A stretch of DNA of 63,408 nucleotides, filler included, from Bigelowiella natans CCMP2755 (taxonomy: Eukaryota; Protista; Cercozoa): the NCBI GenBank assembly GCA_000320545.1. It is 5 parts of 5 records of this genome, joined end to end, with 100 filler letters (N's around TTAATTAATTAA, not from the genome) between each part and the next. Parts side by side here need not be neighbours in the genome. Positions count along the whole stretch, not along the records: positions 1 to 26,122 come from ADNK01003523.1; 4 more parts are not named here. The stretch is one strand, 5' to 3'. The position numbers and the translations under genes are program-made. How positions within the stretch are numbered: the stretch's first letter is position 1; the number at the start of each line of letters is the position of its first letter. The notes under the pieces were generated by a model, which saw nothing but the letters and a program-made list of their open reading frames with translations, searched no databases and was not told where the DNA came from. Shown one piece after another: positions 1 to 12,800 of the stretch.

Positions 1-99
1 CCCCCCCCCCCCGCCCCCCATTTCTTCTCCGTTTTCTAACCACCACTTTCCCCGCCGCCAAGCAATGTACTAACTAATACTTTGCCTCCTCCCCCCTTC

Positions 100-554
100 T
101 TACCTTCGCAGCTCCCCATCCTTGAATTCTGCGAGATAGGCGGTGGTATCGTCTGGCGTCCGCAGCACAAGATTTCTAAAGGAGGAAAGGAGGAGGAGGA
201 GGAGGAGGAGGAGTGGGGGAATAACGCAAATAGAAATAACACACGATGTTGTTGTTGTTGTTGTTGTCTGGACGTGAAGGGTGATGATGATGATGATGAT
301 GATGATGATGGGTGATGATGATGGGTGATGATTTTGCTGTGCATATCCTCTCTCCACTCTCACTAATATACAGAACAACGCTGCTGCTGTTTTGTGCTGC
401 TGCTGCTGCTGCTGCTTTTCCTCTCTTCTCGTTCCGCCACTGCAAAAGCAGTTGTAACGATGGGCTTGTTCGTAGTGGTTGATGTTTATGCTGTGTGTTG
501 TTGTGTGTTATTATGTGTGTGTTGGTGAAATGCGCGGACACCGGCGGCTTTTCC

Positions 555-585
<31 letters not shown>

Positions 586-754
586 TTCTTCTTCTCTTCT
601 TCGTATACTACCCGATCATTGAGTCAACCGCGCGATTATACATCCCAAGCACACGGCGGTCCTTCATCCCTACCAACGCGCACGCGCCCACACGCACACA
701 CGCACACACGCACACACGCACACACGCACACACGCACACACGCACACATACACA

Positions 755-786
<32 letters not shown>

Positions 787-1008
787 CTATGTTTCATTGC
801 GGAGTAACTACTTCCTCCCTTTCTTTAGCGAAAAATGCACTCATGAGCAATAGATTAGCTTCCAACTGCTACAACAACAACTACTACTACTACTACTACC
901 ACCATTACCACTACTATTACTAATACTCCTACTACCGGTGAGGAGGTAGAGTTTCAGTAGGTACTCGTAGAAGGAGTCAGCAAGCCCTCCCATCGTCACA
1001 TGTATCTT

Positions 1009-1053
<45 letters not shown>

Positions 1054-4000
1054 CATGAAATGAAGATAGCCGCTACAAGCACACACACGCACACACACGC
1101 ACACACATGTTGTATTGGGACAAGGTAAAAATCGTCGTTTTCATCAAGCTTACTACTTCATTTCCACTGCCCCCCCCCCCCCCCGCGGGTTCCTCGTCTC
1201 CCCATGGAAATATAAACACGAACCCCGCGGCGCCCCCACCCGCCATTGTCAGCATCGATGTAGACGGGGAACATCCTAAGAGGGTGATACTTGCTTATGG
1301 GGAGGCTGTTGTTTGTGTATTCCTCGCTGTCTCGTCACCACCACCACCACCACCACCATCATCATCATCACTCGACGACGGCCGCAACCGAGACATGCAA
1401 TGAGGCTGCCGTCTATGAGAGGCAGAGAAAGCGCTTCACAAGCTAATAAACATCCTGTACGAATCTAGAGCGACTCCGCCACTTCAGTCGATGACAAATT
1501 TAACCCCTTTTCTTCCCCCCCCCCCCCCCCTTCCGTCCGCAGAGCCGTCAGGCTCGTGCGTTTCCTTGCATCGATGATTCAAAAGTGTAGTGAGGGGAGG
1601 GGGGGGGGGGAAGGGAATGTCCAGCACCCGCCGAATGGAGACTCTAAGGACTCGTACAGCGAAAAAACCTTTGGAGGGTGAAACGTGGGGGTAGAGACGA
1701 GGGGAATAGGAAGCCACCGGGGGTGGGGGAAGGGCCTCTGATTATGCGGTCACTTCGCACTTGATGCTACATTATGGGATTCGCAAACACGCTTTCACGC
1801 ACACGCAAGCACACACGCACCCACGCACGCACCCACGCACACGCAGAGACGCAGAGTCACAGAATGAGGACGAGAAAGCAAAAACAGGCAAAGTGCCCAA
1901 AAAAACAAAAAGCCCGCACCTTCCGAGCGGTGTTGTAGAACCTATTATCCTTTGTGATGTAGCTCAGGTAGGCAAACTCAAGCTGTATAGAGCCGACCTT
2001 ATTGTGCCACCAATGAGCGCGTGTCATCATTCGTCCCATCAGTCACGAGAGACCTCTCACTCTCATTCAGCCCCCCCCCCCCCCCCGCCCTCCCGCACCC
2101 TTCATTTCACACGAGAGCGCTTGGCGTTACCTCTGCGAGGATGGAGTAACCGCCATTCCAGTTGTGGTTGTGCGACGCGCCCGTTTCGAGGTTGATGACG
2201 CTCTGCGGCAGCCCGAAATGCGTCGAGTGGAAGCCGAGCAGCAGCCGCTCGCCCAAATCGCGGGCCTTTTCAACTCTAAGAACAACGAAGACGGAGCCTC
2301 CATTATCTGCCTCGCTTCTTCTTCTTCTTCTTCTTCTTCTTCTTCTTCTCCTCCTCCTCCTCCTTCTCCTCCTCCTCCTTCTTCTCCTACCTCTTCTCTC
2401 TCATTTCTGCTCTTTCCCTCTTCCGTGTCCCCCCCCCTTCCCCCCCCCTCCCCCCTACTTCCTCTTCTTTTCCTTCTTTTTTTCCCCTTTTCCCGCACGC
2501 ATGTACATACAAGATCGGGTCGGGGCGGAGGGCGTGGGCTCCCAGAAGGCCTCCCAAATATCGAATGGCGGTCTCGAAGAACGACGCGTCTGTGGAGGAG
2601 AGAGAGGCGGTTTGGATGATAGCCGTTGAGTGGGCCGGGGGGATGATCATGATCGGATAGCGACACGATGGTGCTATCGATTGCTGTCGCGGAACTTGCT
2701 CAATGCGTTATTCGTGTGAATGTGTGTGTGTGTGTGTGTGTGTGTGTTTTGTGGGAGAAGTAGCAATTTTATCATGATATTGCGGGGGTTGATGCAGTGG
2801 GCGGCGAGCTGCAGAAGCAACAGGATGATGATTAGGTGCTCTCGTGACCGTAGTCCTTGTTGAAGTTTATCGTCCTCACGTGACCCAGAGCGCGCTCATA
2901 CTCATCATCGAGCCCCATCAGTAGCATCGTGTCCTTGTATTGGGGAATCCGTCGTACGACCGGTTAATTGATGGTGGTGGTGATGATGATGATGATGATG
3001 GAGATGGTGATGATCATGATGATGATGATGGTCATAGAAGTATTGGGTGATGACGACGATGATGTTGTAACGACGCATGATCGCTATAGGCATCATCATC
3101 AATCATATCGTCCTTCCTTCCACGACGTTACCAGAGAATCAAACAGCGTAATTCCGAACCCGCCCCATGAGTCATTGGTCTCATTAGTCGTTGGCCGGAC
3201 CTATGGAGGCGATTGAGAGGGGGGCAGCAGCGCCGCGCGCACACAGCGCCACACTTCACCACACACAATAAAAACCTGTTTCCCCCCCCCCCCCGCCCAT
3301 TTTTTTGCTCTCTCGATTTAAGCATGCTGCTCACAGAGATCGTCAAAGCTTGCATACGCTCTAAATTCCCACATCATCTCTCTGTCTTTCCTTGCCATCA
3401 TCGCACCTCGTCGTGACCGAAAGCGTGTGTCTCGTAACCCGTCCATGCATGCTTGAATGCCTGCCGAACGGCTTCCCTGCGCGCCAGGTTTAGCTGCGAG
3501 TCGCTCGACTTGCTGTTTGTGTCCGTGTTCGTCCCCCCGCTGCTTCGAGAAGCGACGAATGTGTGATAGCCGTACTCAGGAGGAGCGCGTTTGGCCTGCT
3601 TTCAAAAGCAAACCTGTCAACACGCACACACGCACACACGCACACACGCACACACGCACATATACACGCACACACGCACACACACGCACACACGCGCACA
3701 CACGCGCACACACGCGCGCGGCCCATTCGCGAGTAATCACCGGTCGAGATGAAGCAGCCCGGCCTGAATGAACCTTGGAGGCTTGATCCTTGGCAAAGGA
3801 TCTCTCGTTCTCCATTGCGGAGGATGAGCCGGCCCCTGTCCCCCCTCTTCCGCTTGCTTTAGAGCCAAACATAGCCCCTGCAGGCTGAGATTCTACCTTG
3901 ATCTTGTCGGAGAGCCTTATTTTGTTGTTGGAAGAGGAATGTGGGGCTTGATTGTTGACGGAGTAGCCGTTTTTAAGCGCCATCACGCTCGGGTTGGTGA

Positions 4001-4272
4001 TGGCACATCCTAAGATTCAAGCAAAGCAAGGTAGCAATGTATATGGCTGAGAGATGACAGAGGCAATGGGATCACAGGAGTGGAGAGCACTTGGGGGTGG
4101 TGGGCATAGAGGCTGACTACCCGCGAAGACGAAGATCATCCAGCAAACGAAGGGCAGAACATCCCATCGGCGCTCCCAATCCTTTCGAACGTAACAAATC
4201 AAGCATGCATTGAGGACATCTAGCTCCTCTGTCTATCCGCATTTTCGTCACTGCACGAGTTGATGGCGACAT
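100..4272 (-). CDS. Class I alpha-1,2-mannosidase (glycosyl hydrolase family 47), multi-exon; 3' part runs off the window start, 5' start uncertain
   Basis: Ordered minus-strand exon translations: AVRQAFKHAWTGYETHAFGHDE (~3407-3475), NDSWGGFGITLFDSL (~3132-3180), DTMLLMGLDDEYERALGHV (~2880-2935), SFFETAIRYLGGLLGAHAL, DLGERLLLGF..FGLPQSVINL, VGSIQLEFAYLSYIT, TMGGLADSFYEYLLKLYLLTG (~936-1000). All are canonical GH47 motifs. Confidence 0.93.
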
Positions 4273-4981
4273 CCTTGCATTATTTCGTTGGTCGGGCACG
4301 GTGGCTGTTCAAATATGAGTCGGTCCGAACCTGGAAAAGCTGATTTTCCTTCGACTCGTCGCCTTCGTCCCAGTAGCTGTGCGCGTCTCTTTCGTAAGAA
4401 TTAAAACCTTCTCGACCAGTGCTGTAAGCTCCACCACCATGACGAGACCGCATCCATCAAGACCCTCGTAGAACACGGGGTGGCTCGAAGGGGAATCGAG
4501 AAGGGGGGTCCAGCAGAGGGGAGCGGTGGAAGGCGTTCGTGGCTGCGGGTCGATATTCGGGAAAAAATCACGTAGATATTCTCCGCATAATCGGATATTC
4601 ATTGCTTTATCATGTAATTCGCATTGCATTTCAGTGTTACATCGATGAAAGCTGATGACGTAACATGAAGATCTCATGCGTTTTGCGGAAAATTGGAAGA
4701 GGGGTGCAGAAATTAGCCTGTGCTCGTCCCATGCGGCATGGATTTCTAGCCAAAGACCTGCCACAAACACCAAAGCAAAGGTTTTGGCGCGTTTTCCGGG
4801 AGCGCAAGGATTTTTCAGACGTACAAACCCGTCTTTGAGTTTTTCCGGGAAATGGGATTCGGGAAGTTTTTAATATTCGAGCGTTTGAGGTGTTGTCGCA
4901 GGATACATATATCCGCATAAATATTTACGTACCCGGACCGATGTTCGAAGATCAGTTCTCAGCCCTCATCGATCGAAGAGC

Positions 4982-6080
4982 ATGGAGGCTCGAGCGAAAC
5001 CCAAGCACCGCAGGATGCTGTCAACGACGGAGAACAAACCTTCTAAGCGTGCAAAGGCATATCACGACCAAAAGGACGATGGTATTATAATGTTGTGTAC
5101 GTGTTCCCATTTGCATTTCCAGACGTTCGCGTAAGAATCGAATACCGTAGGGAAGCTCGAGAGCGTCATCATACCGTTTGCTACAGCCTGGAAGAATGTG
5201 ATGCAACAGATTCTCTCCTATCTTGGCATCCGGGAGCGAGCTAGCATCATTCGAGTGAATCGGGTCTTTCAGACGGCAGTGAAGATGAGTTTGGAACCAA
5301 GCACTGCTTCTAAATATCCCTGTTCCCAGCACCTCGATCTTTCTGGGGTTCGAAGAGGATATAGGTTGCTTGGACATAAAATTTTCTACCTTTACATCTG
5401 CTTTCGATCACCCTTATCTTCTTTCCATCGAGCATTGGCATGGCGAACCCTTTTCACATTTACTTCTCAAGATGGCGGTGCCAAATAATAATAGACCTAC
5501 ACGAACTGCACCGATTAGATTCTTCCAGGACATCATGGGCAACAAATACGGGCGGTATACAAGGATCGTCCGGAAAATAACGCTGAACCAATGCCAACTC
5601 TTTCATGGGTTCGACGGTGGCGTTCCAGCTCTTCCTCTTGATTCAGTCGTAGCGCGTGCGGGTTGTGGATATGCACCACACCTAACCTGTGTGGAGACAC
5701 GATACGCGTCCCTACCAAAGCACTTCACAGACGACGGATATGATAGACCTCCTTTTGTGACGCACCATTTTCTCAAATTTAGCAGCGTTGCCAGGATCTC
5801 AAAGCGAAGATCTTGTCCATTTAAGTGGCAAGCCAGCCAGAAGGTGTTAAAAGAGTGGCAGATGGCGGCGCACTCACTCTCCCCGTTTGCTCACCTTGGG
5901 GTGAGAGCATGGGCGTCGCAGCTCGAAGGTATCACCAAGGACGAGAGGAATGGATTATTGTTCCACATTGTAGATCACTTGCCACGTCTTCAAACAAAAC
6001 CTGATACAAATAGAAACTACATTTATCCCCAGACAAGGAATGAGGACATTTACAGCGACATCGTTGTTACAGTGCCTTGA
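4982..6080 (+). CDS. Probable F-box-containing protein (multi-exon; exon model uncertain)
   Basis: WKNVMQQILSYLGIRERASIIRVNRVF (~5189-5270) fits the F-box pattern. A basic exon at 4982-5081 joins it through a phase-1 GT..AG intron, and a 236-aa ORF follows at 5370-6080. Confidence 0.45.
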
Positions 6081-6130
6081 TATATGTAGGCCCCTGATCA
6101 ACAGTTATAATGTAATATTAAAATATATAC

Positions 6131-6170
<40 letters not shown>

Positions 6171-6497
6171 GATAATTTGGCTCCATGTGTATTACATAGA
6201 ATAGCATGTTCATGCCTAGTTTCCTGTGCAAATATTGCGGCTCTAGTGCCCTCGAAGAAGCAATGTATCGATTTGCTACAGCAGAGCAATTAAAAAATAT
6301 TCCAATGCAATGGCTAGTTAAGTCGGACGTAACTGACTTTCAACCGCCCTTAGATCAGGATTACGCAACTGCGCTGGTTGCTGCATGGAAAAATCGCACT
6401 TATATGTACCTACCGCAGCGTGCCACCAACAGTCGCGCAGCGCATAATATCATAGTATTGTTAGATGAAATGTCATGATCGAAATGTAGATGTATAT

Positions 6498-6565
6498 GCC
6501 GCTGCTTTGCATAGCTACATTAGGATGGTCATTGGAAATTTTCAATTTAATCGTGACATCCATGT
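6498..6565 (+). repeat. Copy of dispersed ~85-bp intergenic repeat (TA-retaining version)
   Basis: gccgctgctttgcatagctacattaggatggtcattgg... aligns by eye with copies at 34561, 48349, 48536, 49104 and 56304. Confidence 0.75.
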
Positions 6566-7142
6566 CATATATGCAGTGTCGTGGATGTAATCAAGCTGCC
6601 TTGCTCGCTGTGTACAAATTTGCATGTGTACAAGCGCAAAACGCATTGCATGGAACTTCGCTACGTACGCAACTATATGCGCTTATTATGCGACGACACA
6701 TTGGCGAGCTACCATTGAGATACGACTAGGCCACGCATTGCACTGATAAGCCATTGGCATCGTACTTGCGCGTCGCACACCATCTCCTGCTAGGAGATGC
6801 TACATATACGAACTTTTGTGCTTTATGTCACACATTGCATGTGTGTATGCTACCTGCTTCATTCTAATGAAATTTATGCAGGCGTGGCTAATGGTACACA
6901 CGCTTTCTCAAGTAATCGCACTTGCGGGAAGGGTAACTAACGCATACCGACAATACAAAAAAGACATATGCGGTAGCACAGCACAACTTGTTGCTGCTAC
7001 AATTAATGCCAACATGGTAGTCCGCTACCGAGGCGACATCACAGTCTGTGCTGCTTATTCTAGGATTAACTAAATATGATGCCACATGGAGTAAAAGGTG
7101 AAACACATGCTGCTGCTGACGCAGAGCACTATGGCACAAGAA

Positions 7143-8060
7143 CTAGCTATCCGCGACTACAAACGTCTTCACGTTAGGATTCTCCACCGAAACATAGTCC
7201 TTATACATGATTGACACTGATCTGGTACGCAGCCCGCAATTGAAGTTAATTCTCTCTCCCTGTGCTTCAAGGGAGGGGTCAACAATTGTCTCCACACCCT
7301 TCACAGGGAAGAAGCTGCCGAATGGAGGCACGCCCCCCGATACGCAGCCTGTGACTTTTAGTACCTCTTCCTGGGTAGCCATTCGAGCCCCTTTGCCTTT
7401 CTTCCAAAATTTCTTAAAGAGCTGAGCCAAACACAAAAGCGAGGTGAGTTTTTGATTCTTATCAAGTGATACTTGCAGCGTAGTGCGACACAGAAAGTTG
7501 GAATAGGAGCAAGGGCTTCATTCACTGATGCTTGCGAGGCACTCTCACAACAAAGCTTGGCCACACAACTAGATCATCATTCTTGCATAACATGCGTTCT
7601 GGTTTCCTTACCTTCCAGTTGAGCTTCTTATTAGCAGCCATTACGGCGAGTTTATACGGTGCCTCCGCGTCTTTTGAGTTGACAATGAGCATGGCCTAAA
7701 GCAATATCGTCAATATTTGCGGCAGATGGAACCAACTTCGTGAAAGTGCACCTTCGCTCCACTGGCGAGCGTACAGTCCGTCCATCCCAGCTTAATGCGG
7801 GTTTCCAGAGAGTCTTTAGATGTTGGGGTCGGATCATGGACAAGATGGCGGAAGTCGATGTTCCTGTCCTTGATCGCAGTGATGATACGGTTGTAGGTCC
7901 CAGGGTCCCCTTCCTTCTCCTCATTCACCTGCAGAAGTAAGGGCACTACAATGAGTCTCAATGAACTCGGAACCCTATAAATTTGCTCTTGTAGAGTTTC
8001 GAAAACGACCGGGGCGATTTCCGCCTTGTTCTTCGTCTCCCCCCCCCCTGCTGTTGCCAT
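7143..8060 (-). CDS. YbaK/ProX-family aminoacyl-tRNA deacylase (multi-exon)
   Basis: IDFRHLVHDPTPTSKDS...SGAK, then KARMATQEEVLKVTGCVSGGVPPFGS...INFNCGLRTRSV; GGVPPFG motif present; ATG at 8060. Confidence 0.88.
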
Positions 8061-8684
8061 TACTGCGTGCCTGCGACCGAAGCGTACGGTGATACGAGAG
8101 GGCCTCTTCCCACAATTATTGAAACTTCGTAGCCTGGAAGGGGAATAAGAGCACATGGGTTACAGAGGCGTGGAAGCAAAATTTGCATGGCAGGGAGAGA
8201 ACCGAGCGGAGTTCCTTGCGAAATGTGAGAGGTGTGTGGGGGATATCGAAGTCGAGAGCAGCGCCAGCAAAACCAATGCAGCTGGCCAGAGGTAGCCTCT
8301 TTGGGGGCTGTGGCAAGTGATGTTGAGTTGCGTCGTCGGTTGCGCGTCGGCTGGATTCTGAAAGAACATGACCAGGAATTTCCAGACCAAGTCATCCAAC
8401 CATTGCACCTGGCCCTTCCATTTCTGCGTTGCAAACAGTGTCATCCTGCACACTTAGCGCACATCATCGGAAGAACATGCGAATCAATTTTTCCTGTGCT
8501 CGATGGTCGAAATGTTCGCGTCAAATCCCATCACCCAAATTGCCTTCCAAAATGAAAAGGAAAACAGCAAGCGAGGAGGCACACGGGTCGTCACTGAAAT
8601 CAAAAAAGGACTGCACAAACTTCGGATCAATGATGAAAATTCGCCTACATGTGATCATTGCGACATCAAATCAAAAGCCTCCTA

Positions 8685-9792
8685 ATCCAATCTGATCACC
8701 CTGGCTCAAGCCCAGCATTCCGTCCTGGACCAAGCCCAGCTTGTTTCGTGCGGCTCTTGCCCTGGCTCCATCCCAGACCCCGGCTGTGCAACAAGAGATG
8801 TCAAGACACTGAATGGTCCCCATGCAACTTGTGAAGTTCATCGCCCCTGCGATGGGCACAGCATGATGTTTGAAGTCACAATCATCAGCATCTGTCAATT
8901 GCTGAGCTGCAGCAGCACCACTCCCCGAGATGAAGGTGAAGACTCCTGCTCCCTCCGGAAACAGCTCCAAAGACCATTGCCGCATCAGTGAGAGAAAAAC
9001 CAAACTGCTTGCGAGAATCATTCGAACAGTCGTGCCAGTAGCACGAGATGTCTGTGAATGAGGAAGGCAGAATGTCGTTTCAGGTGAAGAGCTTCTTCGA
9101 AACAAAGCTTTCACTTGTCGCAGTTTGGCCGAGCACGGCCCAACGGGCCATGTGAGGACAGGAGAGCTTCTGGTTTGTGCACGTCTTCCATGTGGTTCTT
9201 GCTCGTGTGATTTGCATCAATGTTTTTCCAATTGTTCATTGTTCATTGTCAAGTTCCGCACGTTGAGTGATCCAGTGATGTGCGATGTTGCATGTGATTT
9301 TGCATGACTGTGCACGCACAGGTGACAGACACGCAACACGACATGTGCACATTGCACATCCTGTTGCTGTGTCTGCCATGAGCATGTGTGGCAAATCTTT
9401 GTTTTCTCGTTTCTTCTCAAGCACGTTGACAGAATTCGCGACTGCTTTTGCCAAACACCGGGTCGCCAAGATGAAAGCGAGTTCGGGTCAGCGCGGGCGC
9501 AAGAAACGCGTGCTCACACGGATGCATGGATCGATCAAAGGTACCTTGCCATGCACGATCATCACGTGCGAGCATGATCCATCAAGGAAAGCACAGATGG
9601 ACATGGAGTCTGTTCTGGCAACTGACCAATGCATCAATCAACATGCGAAACTGCAACTTGATGCGCGCGATGGGAAACGAAGCAGGAACCGAACGCAGAT
9701 TTGCCCAAAGTGATGCAAGTGAGTTGATGCGCACAATGATGCACATGAAACTTCACGCTGATGCACACAGGATCAATGATTTGTGTCCACGA
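8685..9792. other. TpA-depleted intergenic island A (probable decayed repeat or gene DNA)
   Basis: Only 2 TA dinucleotides (9039, 9542) in ~1.1 kb by hand count; CpG common; overlapping ORFs essentially lack Tyr. Confidence 0.9.
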
Positions 9793-9870
9793 TACGATTT
9801 TGTTTCATCGGATCAAACTAGTAGGAACAACAACTCTCTCGATCTGTGAACGTTCCATGTTTTTTGTCAA

Positions 9871-12800
9871 TTAGAATTGACCACTTTGCCGTGCAAAGTA
9901 ACTTCCGATGGCTAGGATGAACGAGGAGATGTAAGAGGTTCCCACTGCAATCAATCCTTTGAAAGTCACCTGCAACAATTGACCATGAGCACAAAACATC
10001 CGTTCAAATGGGGGGTAGGAACATGGAAAAAGTAGAAGAATGGGCAATAGGAACAAATCCATTCTACCGGTCTGCCGAAGACTTTGAGCTGAAGTGCATC
10101 AAATTCTGGATTCGAGATTCTTGTGATCGCGCCGTCTATGCATTGGATGGCAACTCCAATATTGCCGACTTGCGATGGGCTGGCTACGATTTCTACCTTG
10201 CCATTGGGAAATGTGTTCGACATCAGTCCTCCGACATTTGGCTTACTGACATGTGCACCCAATTCAGAAGCTCTATCAAGGTTGTGGGCATCAGGAAACT
10301 TGAGATCCTCAAGATAGTTTTGATCCTTTACCAAATCATTTATCCTGCCCTCCACAATTTTCTGACCTATTTGCAGGTGCTAGATTTAGAATTTCAACAT
10401 ATATATTGTGTTCGGTGTGGTGTACCTGCCCCACTGTCGATTCTTTGTTTGATGTCCATTGCATTTTGAAAGGCTCCTTGTCCTTTTGCAACATTTGCAA
10501 GAAGTTTCTTTGCGCGATTATTTGATGGATCACATGCGAACCCAACGTTTAGCTTCTCCGCATGCAGAAAATCGAGAACGTTGTCGTTCATAACAGCATT
10601 AACTTGAGCATAAAGAGACAAAACTCCGACAACGTAAGCAGTGAGAACACCAGTCTGATAATAGAATACTGCGGCATACTCATTTTCTCCACCTTGAATA
10701 GTAGTAAATACATTGTAGCACGCTAGAGATCCTGCAATTGATATCAATCCTGGAAAAATACGATCCATCGGGAAAAGTTTGGCAAGTCTTTCGAGGTTAA
10801 CGTCAAAAATCTCTTGACGAATTTTCAGCCATGAGACTAAGTTGCTAGCTGATGACAATCTGATTGAGAAGTCGAGACCTTCTCTCGAACTTTTACCAGG
10901 AGACGGGAGGGAAGCAACTGCCACAAAATGAATTATGGTTTTCAGCGCCAAGATGATCCAAATGTTGAGAGCGAAGTAAATAAATGATAGGCCAAAGAGG
11001 ACATTTATCCCAAGAATAATGTACACAACTGCTTGGTAACTCCAATTGATTTTATCATTACTTTGGAGATTAGATATAGATACCAGTGTAGCCATTAGGT
11101 AATGCACTAAAGCAGTCGATAGACCTATCACGTATAAAACGCGAGGGTTATACAATGCATTGCCAATCCTCCCCCCACAGCTCTCGCTGGATGTGATTCT
11201 AGTCTGTTCATGACGCTGCTTCATCATAGCTTCGAACTCTCCAATAAGCGTTATGACGGACAATTTTGTTCGCCAAACTTCAGCACCATACGTTTTTTGT
11301 TTTGTGGAAATTATAGCACCCTTTCCGCCACTAGCAGGGCCTAAATCTTCATCTTCCTCTTCTTCATTTTCCTCCTCTGATTCTTCTGAATCATCACTGT
11401 CTTCGTCCTCATCCGCGTCAGCGAGTTGTTCATGACGTGCTGTAGATTTGCACAGCTCAGCACAAACAAAAAGGAATTTAAAACATTTGTCTAGTATATC
11501 AATTTTAACTTCCCCGTCGAACAGGTTTTCATCATTGCCATCTACACTCCTTCTATATGTAACACTAAAATTGGATACATATAGTCCAACTAATTTATTA
11601 ACACGATCCTCTGTTAATGCTTCCTCGCGGTCACTTAAGGCTGCCACAATGAATCCGATGAAACACGGAAGAGGTTTCTCCTCCGAAACGCTTCTTTGCA
11701 AAAGATTTAAAATTAGCCCCGGAGCCAACTGCCAATACGTTATCACCACCGTTATCAATGCCGTCAAGCACTCAATCGCAGAAATATTAACGTTATTGAT
11801 TACATCTGCACGCACAAGCATGAATGTAATAAATAACGCAAGTGCACCCCAGCCGTAAATAGACATGAAGATGGACCACATGATCTTCGCACAGAAACTG
11901 TGATTAAATCCATCATTTTTAGAATTTTTAATTGTTGTGTCTTCTTGCCAGAGACTATATATACAAACGATTGGCATGTATACGGGAGAAAGGGAGAGGA
12001 GGAGCATTTGAGTTACAAAATAGAAGAACCCTAAGTTAAGATCATGATATATAAGACTTTGTCTAACTGAAAGCTCTTGAAACCTACCCAGAAGGGCTTT
12101 TATAAAGAAAAAAGAATTTTCTTGAAACTTTTCTTTGAGCATGAGACGGCCGACGATGATGAAAATGAGTGTCGCCAATATTTTGCTGCTCTCTTCATCT
12201 TTTAATCGATGGCGGGCGTCTGTATCTACATCATACCATTGACAGACTTGGGCGATGACCTCAACAAGTTCGATGTCGTCTCTCTTTTCTTCCGGTAGAG
12301 CACCCTCTCTGAGACAGCGTATCACGTAAATATCCGGTTTCGATATTGTATGAGTGAATGGATTACTCATGACCATCGTCAAACACCCAGCCAGTTCATC
12401 TTTGTCTAGCTCTCCATTCTTATCAGGATCAAACTTTCTGCTCAAAATTTTGAGGGAGTTGATAGCCTCAGGCGTTTCGAGAACGCTAAATAACTGAGAG
12501 CGGATATCATTCGATGAATCTTCTCCCTGACCGGTAAGGTAGTCATTCAAAGAATAGCACATTTGAAGCCGTGTTCGGTCAAAAACTGAAGCTAGCAACC
12601 CTTCTTTTGTACCCCTCCTTCTCTGAGATATCTTAGTTTCTAAAAACCCTAGATTTCGTCGAAGAAACTCAAGTATGAGCCCCTCATCTGTTTTGTGTTT
12701 TGCCTGACCCGAAGCATCCAAAGGATATTGAAGGAACGCCACATCTGCTGCGTCGGCACCATCGCAAAGAAATAGAAAAGGGGGAAGTCCAGAATTGAAC

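Noticed and set aside
36-3216. Poly-amino-acid ORFs (poly-S/H/L/M/C) in the ORF track
   Set aside because: Translations of intronic microsatellites within the GH47 gene; the same applies throughout the window.
8160-8453. YLWPAALVLL resembling a family-16 lysine methyltransferase motif
   Set aside because: No downstream SAM-binding ELGxGxG motif was found.
8701-9120. CpG methylation decay or classical RIP as the cause of the CA/TG excess
   Set aside because: CpG is retained and TpA is absent, which is not what either process produces.
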